IMG/VR virus record: IMGVR_UViG_3300042881_001544
Span: 1-52,767 of that record
From: a virus
Taxonomy: Duplodnaviria > Caudoviricetes
Length of the DNA: 52,767 bases
Reading direction: 5' to 3' (one strand)
The notes below the pieces were generated by a model. It was not told where the DNA came from. It saw only the letters and a program-made list of their open reading frames with translations, and did not search any database. Positions 36,431 through 44,381 of this stretch are shown piece by piece. The translations under genes and the position numbers were made by a program. Position 1 is the stretch's first letter. Each line of letters begins with the position of its first letter.

Positions 36431-37741
36431 ATGTCTTGTTGTTCTGCTGTTCCTATTAGCACGATTCCTCCTGTTGGTCAGGGGGTAGGGCCGTTGGTGT
36501 ATGCGAATGGGAATCAGATGGCAAGGTTGACACCTCCGCTTAATCCTAGCTTTGTTGTTTATGATGGGAGCGTGACTAGGTGGGGAGATGGGAGTGTTAA
36601 TTCTCCTGTGTTGTTGCCCAACCTTCAGCAAGTACCCAATTCTAGTGTTGGATATTTTGTTGGCATTAATGCTGGGGGGCAACTGGTTGAGACAACGCTT
36701 CCTACTGTTTCTACGAGTGGTTCTTATAATGATTTAACGGACAAGCCTAATCTTAACTCTGGAAAGGTAATTTACGTTGATGCTGTGGTTGGAACGGATT
36801 CAAGGGGGACAAATAGCAATTATAGCTTTTCTGTTCCATTTGCTACTATTGATGCCGCTATTGCCGCTTCAGCTATTGGTGATTTGGTTTATGTAAAGGC
36901 TGGATCTTATACGATTGTTTCACAAATTAGCCTTAATGGAAAAGGTGATCTGTTTTTTGAACAAGATGCCAATGTAACTGTGGCGGCAAATGTTGTTGCC
37001 TTTAGCCTAACGGCAGATCAACCAAAGATAATTGGTGGTTACGGATCGTTTGTTTGTTCTGGTACTGGTGGGCTATGGACGCAAAGTGGTGGAACATTTA
37101 CCGTTCAATTGGTTTCCATTGAGTTTTTAGCAATTACAAACGCTTCTGGTGCAGGAACAATTTTTGCCTCTTCTACAGGTTCTTTGGTAATTAACAGCAC
37201 AGGAATTATAAATGCTCCTTTTTCTACTATAGTGAGCGAGTCTGGAACTATTGGTAATGTCTTTTACCAAGTCTTGTTCACTTATTGTGCAAGACTACTG
37301 GACATGACTCAAGCCAACTCAACCATGCAATTCACGGCATTGTGCTGGACTGTGCAGATATTTGGAACGGAAGGAATCAGCATTGTTAGTGGCACTACAT
37401 CTTTGCGAATTGAGAATTTAGTTGGTGGAACCCCTGTTACAAAACTTGTTGTTTTCAAGTTTGCAAATGGAGATGCAACAAACAACTCCCATGTCTTTAG
37501 AGGTGGAAGACTGATTGCCAATAACTCTCAACCATGCATCACGTTCAACGCCACAACCGCAACCAACAAGGTTGTGAAGCTCATGGGGGATGTTCAGCTT
37601 ACTACTAGCGGAGCAAACTGCATTGTTTCTGCAAATGCACGAGATGTCGTTGTATCCAGCGCACACGCAAATGTTGTTGCAGATGCCAATACTAGCATTG
37701 TTGGTGGAACACTACTGGTTAGCCCATTCTTTGCTTTTTAA
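36431..37741 (+). CDS. Tailspike/fibre-like beta-helix protein
   Basis: SGSYNDLTDKP fibre repeat; YVD...PFATI.AA...VYVKAGSY beta-helix cap. Confidence 0.7.
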   Translation: MSCCSAVPISTIPPVGQGVGPLVYANGNQMARLTPPLNPSFVVYDGSVTRWGDGSVNSPVLLPNLQQVPNSSVGYFVGINAGGQLVETTLPTVSTSGSYNDLTDKPNLNSGKVIYVDAVVGTDSRGTNSNYSFSVPFATIDAAIAASAIGDLVYVKAGSYTIVSQISLNGKGDLFFEQDANVTVAANVVAFSLTADQPKIIGGYGSFVCSGTGGLWTQSGGTFTVQLVSIEFLAITNASGAGTIFASSTGSLVINSTGIINAPFSTIVSESGTIGNVFYQVLFTYCARLLDMTQANSTMQFTALCWTVQIFGTEGISIVSGTTSLRIENLVGGTPVTKLVVFKFANGDATNNSHVFRGGRLIANNSQPCITFNATTATNKVVKLMGDVQLTTSGANCIVSANARDVVVSSAHANVVADANTSIVGGTLLVSPFFAF

Positions 37742-37956
37742 TGGTTCACGAATTTAAGAACCCAATGCCTGTGGTAACTCCAATGGGTGATGGGTATGCC
37801 ATCTACGTTCAGATGGGTGGGATGTTTGAGAATGATTTATGGACGGTTTGCTTGAGCAAGGATGGGTCTATAAAGCACTTTGATTCTAGCCAGATTAGAA
37901 TGTGGCAGAACGCTACCTTTGGGATTAGGAAGGGTGATGATGTTAAAAATACGTAG
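37741..37956 (+). CDS. Conserved phage hypothetical protein
   Basis: P.PVVTP.GDG.A...ND.W.V...N.TFG pattern; 1-nt overlap with the upstream gene. Confidence 0.7.
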   Translation: MVHEFKNPMPVVTPMGDGYAIYVQMGGMFENDLWTVCLSKDGSIKHFDSSQIRMWQNATFGIRKGDDVKNT

Positions 37957-38416
37957 GTGTTTTATTAACACGCATTCTGTTTCAGATTTACTGGCTTAAC
38001 TGGAAAGCCGTTGCAAAAAGTGCAACAGTTCGCCTGTTAAGTCGATAAAACGGCATATTTCGTACATATGTCGCCAGATATGTCGATTATACCCTACAAT
38101 TTTGACATATGGATTCGGTTATACCCGAAACGCCACATTTTCTGACATATGGCACATTTATGAGCAATTTGTTCCATATCGGGTATAATGCGGTGAATAA
38201 TCGGGTTTTTATTGATTATAGCAATCTTACAAATATTATAAAAAACTTATAAACCACCAAAGGTCGCTATAAGTTCCCTTCATGAATAATATTGATTGTG
38301 CGCTACTTCTTGGCAATAAACGACTTATACTTATCTAGAATAGTAACTCTAGCCGTTCTCTAGCCGTTCTTACAAAACCTCTGCACGATACACATGGCGA
38401 GTATAGTGTACAATTA

Positions 38417-38448
38417 TTCTAAACCTGTCGAATTCGATAGGTTTAGAA
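38417..38448. terminator. Inverted repeat TTCTAAACCTGTCG-AATT-CGATAGGTTTAGAA
   Basis: 14-bp stem with one non-Watson-Crick pair, at the convergence of + and - units. Confidence 0.5.
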
Positions 38449-38890
38449 AAAGGTCGAGGGAGGATCAGGTCGCTAGATTTTATCAACAGCCAGATCGGCT
38501 ACGCATGACGCTATAGTTGATAGAATCCCCCTCATTGCCTCCCCCGACTATAATGCCCCTTGGAGTCCTTGCGGCGTGTCCGTGAGGCAGGGGTTCACCG
38601 AAGATTCCCCCGAAGTTTTCACCGAAATAAAAGAACACATGGGGTGAGATAGCTGATCTGACGGGAAGCCCCCCATGTCTCCTAGATTGGAAATTGGAAG
38701 TCCCGTGGATAACAGGCGGGACTAACCCTGCAACCATCCAACCTACCCTTTCAGGTGAACCTTACTCGGCAAAGCCCATTGGGCTTTTGTCAGTCAGATG
38801 GAATCTTTGTGAGGACGGCCCACTATTGCGTGACCTATCGCCTATCCTTTGGCTATACGGCTATTCCCCGATCCGTAAGGGGTTGCAATC
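38449..38890 (-). ncRNA. Candidate structured non-coding RNA
   Basis: GC-richer, many nested stems, no credible ORF; lies downstream of the tRNAs; strand inferred. Confidence 0.4.
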
Positions 38891-38927
38891 GTTATCTATC
38901 ATTTTCCAATAACTGGCAAGAAAAAAT

Positions 38928-39003
38928 TGGCACAGCCCCTCCGAATCGAACGGAGCCAGCAAGATTTGGAGTCTCGCTCGCCTACCTTGGAACATTGGAC
39001 TGC
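38928..39003 (-). tRNA. tRNA-Trp(CCA), atypical
   Basis: GCAGTCC/GGGCTGT acceptor, loop CTCCAAA, T-arm CTCCG-TTCGATT-CGGAG, encoded CCA; irregular D-arm. Confidence 0.7.
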
Positions 39004-39046
39004 AATTGAGTTATCCAGTATTCCTTGATAACTGGCAAGAAAAAAG

Positions 39047-39118
39047 CTCCAGCAGTAGGATTCGAACCTACAACCATTCGATTAACAGTCGAATGCTCTA
39101 CCATTGAGCTATGCTGGA
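39047..39118 (-). tRNA. tRNA-Asn(GTT)
   Basis: Canonical cloverleaf TCCAGCA..TGCTGGA-G, loop CTGTTAA; CCA not encoded. Confidence 0.95.
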
Positions 39119-39119
39119 T

Positions 39120-39193
39120 TGGCTACCCCTCATGGATTTGAACCATGACTAGGGGAGTCAAAGTCCCCTGTGCTACCGTTACACCAAAGGGTA
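39120..39193 (-). tRNA. tRNA-Gln(TTG)
   Basis: Cloverleaf with loop CTTTGAC, GGTTCAAATCC and encoded CCA. Confidence 0.95.
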
Positions 39194-39198
39194 TTAAA

Positions 39199-39420
39199 TT
39201 ATTTGCGTGGTCTTCCCCGGCCTTTGGGAACATTTACTCGTTCCTTCCATGTTACCGCCCCATAAATTGTTTTTACAGCAATATTTTCATCCATATTTAA
39301 AACGTATGCTTTCATTCTAAATCTATTCTCTGGTTCAAGCTGACCAATAATGGCTCCATACTCTTCACCAAGATTAGCCAACCTTTTTGCTTCAAAAAGT
39401 AAATCTTCTTGTGTTTTCAT
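39199..39420 (-). CDS. Hypothetical protein with C-terminal AT-hook (GRGRPRK)
   Basis: ORF and motif. Confidence 0.6.
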   Translation of the reverse strand: MKTQEDLLFEAKRLANLGEEYGAIIGQLEPENRFRMKAYVLNMDENIAVKTIYGAVTWKERVNVPKGRGRPRK

Positions 39421-39476
39421 TTACAAACTAAAAAAACTATTGACAAAAATAAAAATTTCCATAGAAGGAGGGTTGT

Positions 39477-39677
39477 ATGAAAGACATACTAAATAAACTA
39501 AATCCGCTTGAGAAATCTTGCGACGAGTGCGGTGGTACTGGTCGTGATTTTTATGATGAGGGTCAAGGGGTTCCTTGTTGGAAGTGTCAAGGTACGGGTC
39601 ATATCGCTACTGAAGACGGCAAGGCTATACTCCAACTGATCGCACATCACCAGTCAAGTCTTCTTCAATTTGCTTAA
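39477..39677 (+). CDS. Small CxxCxGxG zinc-finger protein (DnaJ/anti-TRAP-like)
   Basis: CDECGGTG, CWKCQGTG..T..G..IL; SD AAGGAGG; TTGACA at 39440. Confidence 0.75.
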   Translation: MKDILNKLNPLEKSCDECGGTGRDFYDEGQGVPCWKCQGTGHIATEDGKAILQLIAHHQSSLLQFA

Positions 39678-40032
39678 CCGCCGCTAAAAGGTGGCGCATT
39701 AAGTAGCCGACGAAATACGCAAGTGCTTCGTCAGCCCCCTTCTTTTCTCTTACGCCTTTGTCCACTAGGATGTGATTGGCAATGTGGACGCACTCATGGG
39801 CAAGGTTGGATATTTTATCCACGCTCATTTCCCATTCTTTTAGAAAGATAATCCTAGACTCACCGCAATACGAGATTGCATCAGCATCTTCCAATTCATT
39901 AAAGGTTTCTGGTTCACGATTAGGGAACTTTTCCCTATACCATTTTTCAGCCTTTTCTTTATTAACGGGCCAAACAATCAGGCAATGATCATTCCAAAAG
40001 TCTATATCTAAATAGAACTCGTTAGGATTCAT
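39625..40032 (-). CDS. HExxH zincin-like phage protein
   Basis: LAHECVH...DEALAY. Confidence 0.7.
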   Translation of the reverse strand: MNPNEFYLDIDFWNDHCLIVWPVNKEKAEKWYREKFPNREPETFNELEDADAISYCGESRIIFLKEWEMSVDKISNLAHECVHIANHILVDKGVREKKGADEALAYFVGYLMRHLLAAVKQIEEDLTGDVRSVGV

Positions 40033-40297
40033 TGATGAAGTAATAAGGGATGGACAACATTTTTCCATCTTTAAGAACTTTAAATTCTTTTACTTGGCAC
40101 TCTCCAGCCAATACCTTTTGCCTTAATCGCAATCGTTGTTGAGAAGGGCCAAGTCCTGTAAATTGTTGTATTTGCTCACGACTTCTCCAGCCTTCGGGAA
40201 TGGCATCTTCTATTTGAAAGAACTTTTTCCATTTAAGGGCTTCATTGGCTGAAGATAGAAGGTCAGCTTCGGATGGGTTTAGTTTCTGACGGCTCAT
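40022..40297 (-). CDS. Hypothetical protein (possible HTH)
   Basis: ORF tiling. Confidence 0.55.
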   Translation of the reverse strand: MSRQKLNPSEADLLSSANEALKWKKFFQIEDAIPEGWRSREQIQQFTGLGPSQQRLRLRQKVLAGECQVKEFKVLKDGKMLSIPYYFINES

Positions 40298-41069
40298 AGG
40301 TTATTAGTTTGGTTGCTGGAAGTTCACCGCTTTGACATCCACGCCAATCTAGGATGCCAATACCGGGGCGACAAATAGAATCTCCTACTACTTTGTGACC
40401 ATATTTTGTGAGCAATTGCCAAGCAGGAGTTGCCATGAAAATACCTGATCCATCATTGAAAATACCGCCCGTGTGTCTATGGCCTCTTAAATATACTTTT
40501 GGAACCCTATGACCAACACGGGAGTAATTCTGTCGAGCATTGCCCATCGTTATAGACATTGCCCCTGCTTCAAGGTATGCCCTAGAACTGGTCGGCATAT
40601 GGTGGGCAATATCAATCAAGGTTCCGTTTATTTCAATCAGTCCTTTGTCTCCTAGCCAGATTGCCCCAATCTCTTTGGCAATCATCTTTTCCCAATCTCC
40701 AACGTGGCATTCTGTTCCTGCTGTCATGTAAACAACTGATGCCATTTTAGCCAATGGCTTGAGGCATTCAACAGCCGCAAGCGCATGGTCAAAATTAAGT
40801 GCCGCCACAACCTCACTTGTTCCGTGATGCCTTCCCTCAATGCAATCTCCATTGATGAAAAGGGCAAATGGATCGTTCTTAAAGTGACCTTTGATCTTTT
40901 TGTTTTTGTCCTGCCAGCATTGCCACAACCATTGTTGGTGAAGATTGTTACCAAGTCCAATTTTGTTTCCCGTGCTTGTGATATGGTTATCAGGCCAAAG
41001 ACCAACTGTTGAACCGCAATGGAGATCGGAAACAACAACCGCACCAACGGGGGGTTTGGATTTAATCAT
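40263..41069 (-). CDS. Calcineurin-like metallophosphoesterase
   Basis: SDLHCG, NGDCIEG, GTECH, HH, RGHRH. Confidence 0.85.
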   Translation of the reverse strand: MIKSKPPVGAVVVSDLHCGSTVGLWPDNHITSTGNKIGLGNNLHQQWLWQCWQDKNKKIKGHFKNDPFALFINGDCIEGRHHGTSEVVAALNFDHALAAVECLKPLAKMASVVYMTAGTECHVGDWEKMIAKEIGAIWLGDKGLIEINGTLIDIAHHMPTSSRAYLEAGAMSITMGNARQNYSRVGHRVPKVYLRGHRHTGGIFNDGSGIFMATPAWQLLTKYGHKVVGDSICRPGIGILDWRGCQSGELPATKLITYEPSETKPIRS

Positions 41070-41379
41070 TAGATTGTTTTTTTATATCCTGCGGAGGTTG
41101 ATCAGAAACTAGATTCTTCAGCAACCTAGATGCATCACGCAAGGATATTTCCTCATCCTCCATCATTTGTGCAAGCATCTGCATTAATTTAATTCTTTCC
41201 GTAAGATGGTGAAGGTAACTGATAAGATCCAATTGTTCATCCTTTAGGTTCCTTGCATACCATCCTGCTCCTGCTGTCCAGAACTGCGTTTTGTGTTCTG
41301 CGCTTCCCTTAAAATACTTATCCAATCCAGCTACTGTTGCTTCTGACCAAATATCAAGAGCATCTTGTTCTGGAGTCAT
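41062..41379 (-). CDS. All-alpha NTP pyrophosphatase-like protein
   Basis: KY..G..EH...DEQLDLISY motif; adjacent to the phosphoesterase. Confidence 0.45.
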   Translation of the reverse strand: MTPEQDALDIWSEATVAGLDKYFKGSAEHKTQFWTAGAGWYARNLKDEQLDLISYLHHLTERIKLMQMLAQMMEDEEISLRDASRLLKNLVSDQPPQDIKKQSND

Positions 41380-41380
41380 G

Positions 41381-41488
41381 TCATTTTTTTTTAGGTTTTT
41401 TACCTTTGGGTTTTTGAATTGACCCATAACCAACTCTAGCAGATCGGAGAATTGCATTTGGTTTTGCGGATGTGGTGGTTGTTTTCAT
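41381..41488 (-). CDS. 35-aa basic peptide (MKTTTTSAKP...KKPKKK)
   Basis: Hand-read ORF that tiles with both neighbours. Confidence 0.45.
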   Translation of the reverse strand: MKTTTTSAKPNAILRSARVGYGSIQKPKGKKPKKK

Positions 41489-41646
41489 ATGCTGTCTACA
41501 AATCGTTTCCAAATTTGTTTGGGACGAATACAGCTTGCCACGTTGCATACATGGCAAGAATTTTCATGGCAAGTGTTTAATTGAGATAAGCAATATGGGC
41601 AGTATCCGTTTGCAAAAGCAACCCATCCTACAAGTTGTTTTATCAT
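41485..41646 (-). CDS. Small Cys-rich protein
   Basis: CPYC and CHVC; internal start of track ORF 41485-41694. Confidence 0.5.
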   Translation of the reverse strand: MIKQLVGWVAFANGYCPYCLSQLNTCHENSCHVCNVASCIRPKQIWKRFVDSI

Positions 41647-42010
41647 TTTGATCACAGACTTATAAAGATAAAGAAACAGAAAAGAGTAAAGCAAATTCCC
41701 CCCTTATCCCCCCACCCTCAAGTGAGAAAGCCTGTCAGAAAAGAAAAGAAACTACTGCTCACCGATAATCTGCAAGCAGGGTGTTTCTCCTCGTTTCTTA
41801 CGGGTATGGAGTTTTGGTTCTCCAAAGCCGAGTTCTTGGATCATGTGGTACGCATTCACACCCATCCTCACTTGCTATAACGGGTAAGCCCCGCCGAGTG
41901 GTGAAGCACTACAGCGGGGCTTTCGTTTGTTTGAGGAAAGTCTTTTTTGAATGCTTCACCATTCAGTTTTCCCAACTTATCAAAAATGATAATTCCGTCA
42001 ACTACTTTTT

Positions 42011-43945
42011 TTAAAAACCATCCGGATCGGGAGTGGAACCCCCATATCCCCAATCTTCTTCCATTGCCGCTTCTTCCGTATCTCCCTTTGAATGGATCAA
42101 GCGATTCTCGAAATCCCGAATCTCCAGAATGTCCAAGGATTCAGCTTCTTCTTCAAAATTAAATTCAAGTCCTGCCCTTCGGAGCATTTGCACGGCATAG
42201 GTAAAAGAATCAGCCAAATCGGGTGATTTCTTCAACCGCTGTTTCATGTCGAGCTTTTTCTCAACAGAAACCTTTCTGCCTTTGTGGGAGTAAAGCCTAG
42301 AGCAAAGTTCGTTCACTACTTGAGAATGCCTTTCAACGTCTATACCAACCAAAGAACGAGTTGACATTGCGGTATGGACAGCAAACCAATATTCCGTAAC
42401 CAAACGATCATATGCCTCTTTGCAAGTGCGTTGGTCAAGGTTGCTGATCTTTCGTTCTGTCGGCATACCCATAGAAGAAATGGGGAAGACAAACATGGCT
42501 TCTGGATTGAATTTGCTCCATTCAATGATGATTGCCCTCATCATTTTGCCGCCATCACCAGATATATCCAAACCAAAGTCTCTTGGATGGACTCCATATT
42601 CCAAGCAATCTTTAACTACTTGCATCGCAATGCTTTCTTCAAAAACTTCCCCCACAGAACTATTGTATTCTCTAGTTCCAAGGTAATAGCCAAGGCTTCT
42701 GCCAGTATCGTTTGGCCCAAAACGGCAAAATGTAGCCGCACATCTATCACCTCCTGCGGTAAATGCAGGGTCAAAACCACAAACAACCTTTGTTTTGCCA
42801 CTCCAAACTGGTTCCCAGCCAATATCACACCCTTGGATGAACTGTTTTGAGAAGATTGTGAGTTCTACAGAAGAATCAGGCCACCATCCGTAAACATTTC
42901 GCCAGTATTCTAGGGCATTCTTATTGCCATAGCATATTTTTAATGTGGCCTCCATTTTTTTGTAAGTCAAAAAGTTCTTAAAAGGAGGTATTTCTGCGTT
43001 TGGAGCTTGAAGATTTGGGCTATCTTCACCAGAAAGATGAAGCGCAACGCCTGTTCTGGTATTCCACCTTTTGGTGTATCTATTTACGGAATTCCAACCC
43101 ATAGGATCATCTGGTTCGCACAACTCCGTATGGGGATTGTTGGCGGTATTGGATGGGTTTGCCATTCCTCCAAACAAAACATCATCATTTCCTGCGGTAA
43201 AATTTGATCTGACATTAAGGCAATACAAATCCATTTCAGCCAATTCATCCAAAAAAACCCTTACTCGTTCATTTTTTCTACCACGCATATTATCAACTGC
43301 TTTTTGACCTTCCCCTCCTTTTGGAAAAGCAACTGCTTTAATTGCATTTGTGTAGTCTCTTTCTGAATCTTTTGTGTCAATAGACTCAAAAACAATCATC
43401 CTGCGATACTCTACAAGATTGCCAATAGATGCATCTTTTCCGTATTTAGCACGTAGATTACGCATGGCAATGCGGTAAAGGGTGCAAACCTTACCCCACA
43501 ATCGGTCTTCGGACGCATCCAAAGAGGTAGATGCTACATATGTTGAAGTGAAATCAGGGGCGCAAAGCCAATCAATGATGATACAAGCCGCAACAGAAAA
43601 GGTTTTACCGCTAGATGCACAACCAGCAATGCCCCAATCGTTCTCATTGCAGAACAAATCTATAATGTCCAAAGCGTAATTGTTTGCGATCCCTTGGGAA
43701 TGGAGCAAAACATCATTGCCGTAAATCAACTGGAAGCAATTAACCATGTGTTGTGCAGGGTTAAGCAATCCGCATTCATCCAACTTGATCCCCATCTTGA
43801 TTCGCTCACGCCTTCCAAACTCTCCACGGGTTAATCTATATGCAATTAACTCCCTGACAAATTGGTGCTGGTTTTTGAAGAAGGGGATTCCGTAATCCGT
43901 ATCTTGTGGAACATCCAAACAAAGGTTTTTATAATTCATGCACAA
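42011..43945 (-). CDS. terL: Terminase large subunit
   Basis: Walker A GCASSGKT, Walker B VFLDE, MANP, nuclease GFDPA and SPDLADS. Confidence 0.92.
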   Translation of the reverse strand: MCMNYKNLCLDVPQDTDYGIPFFKNQHQFVRELIAYRLTRGEFGRRERIKMGIKLDECGLLNPAQHMVNCFQLIYGNDVLLHSQGIANNYALDIIDLFCNENDWGIAGCASSGKTFSVAACIIIDWLCAPDFTSTYVASTSLDASEDRLWGKVCTLYRIAMRNLRAKYGKDASIGNLVEYRRMIVFESIDTKDSERDYTNAIKAVAFPKGGEGQKAVDNMRGRKNERVRVFLDELAEMDLYCLNVRSNFTAGNDDVLFGGMANPSNTANNPHTELCEPDDPMGWNSVNRYTKRWNTRTGVALHLSGEDSPNLQAPNAEIPPFKNFLTYKKMEATLKICYGNKNALEYWRNVYGWWPDSSVELTIFSKQFIQGCDIGWEPVWSGKTKVVCGFDPAFTAGGDRCAATFCRFGPNDTGRSLGYYLGTREYNSSVGEVFEESIAMQVVKDCLEYGVHPRDFGLDISGDGGKMMRAIIIEWSKFNPEAMFVFPISSMGMPTERKISNLDQRTCKEAYDRLVTEYWFAVHTAMSTRSLVGIDVERHSQVVNELCSRLYSHKGRKVSVEKKLDMKQRLKKSPDLADSFTYAVQMLRRAGLEFNFEEEAESLDILEIRDFENRLIHSKGDTEEAAMEEDWGYGGSTPDPDGF

Positions 43946-43990
43946 TTACTATTGACTTATTTTATAAATTAATACAAGCATTTGAACTGC

Positions 43991-44380
43991 ATGAGACTCA
44001 AAGATAAAAACGGATCAATCCCCGGAGGACTCTGGTATCAATATAACGACGATCAAGGTAATACTTATCGTGTCAATGGAATGGATCTTCCTTTTGGTAA
44101 ATCATTTTCACGAAAGGTTTTTAGCGACATGATGGTAAACAATGTTTCCGTTCCTGATAATTTAGATTACTTGATTGAACAACAAATCTGTAATAGGATT
44201 GGAAGCCAATATTGTTGGCAGGAAGCTGGAGACAAAGTTGCAAATGTAATTCATACCTTTGCAAATTTGGGAGATCGTGTAGCGGCAAGCCTTGGGGTTA
44301 AATCAAACCTTGAGAAAGCGGCAAAAGGATGCACAGCCTGTCAAAAGCGCAGACAAGCAATGAACCAAGCACTCGGATAA
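43991..44380 (+). CDS. Hypothetical protein with C-terminal CxxC
   Basis: PGGLWY; GCTACQKRR; directly upstream of the portal gene. Confidence 0.65.
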   Translation: MRLKDKNGSIPGGLWYQYNDDQGNTYRVNGMDLPFGKSFSRKVFSDMMVNNVSVPDNLDYLIEQQICNRIGSQYCWQEAGDKVANVIHTFANLGDRVAASLGVKSNLEKAAKGCTACQKRRQAMNQALG

Positions 44381-44381
44381 A

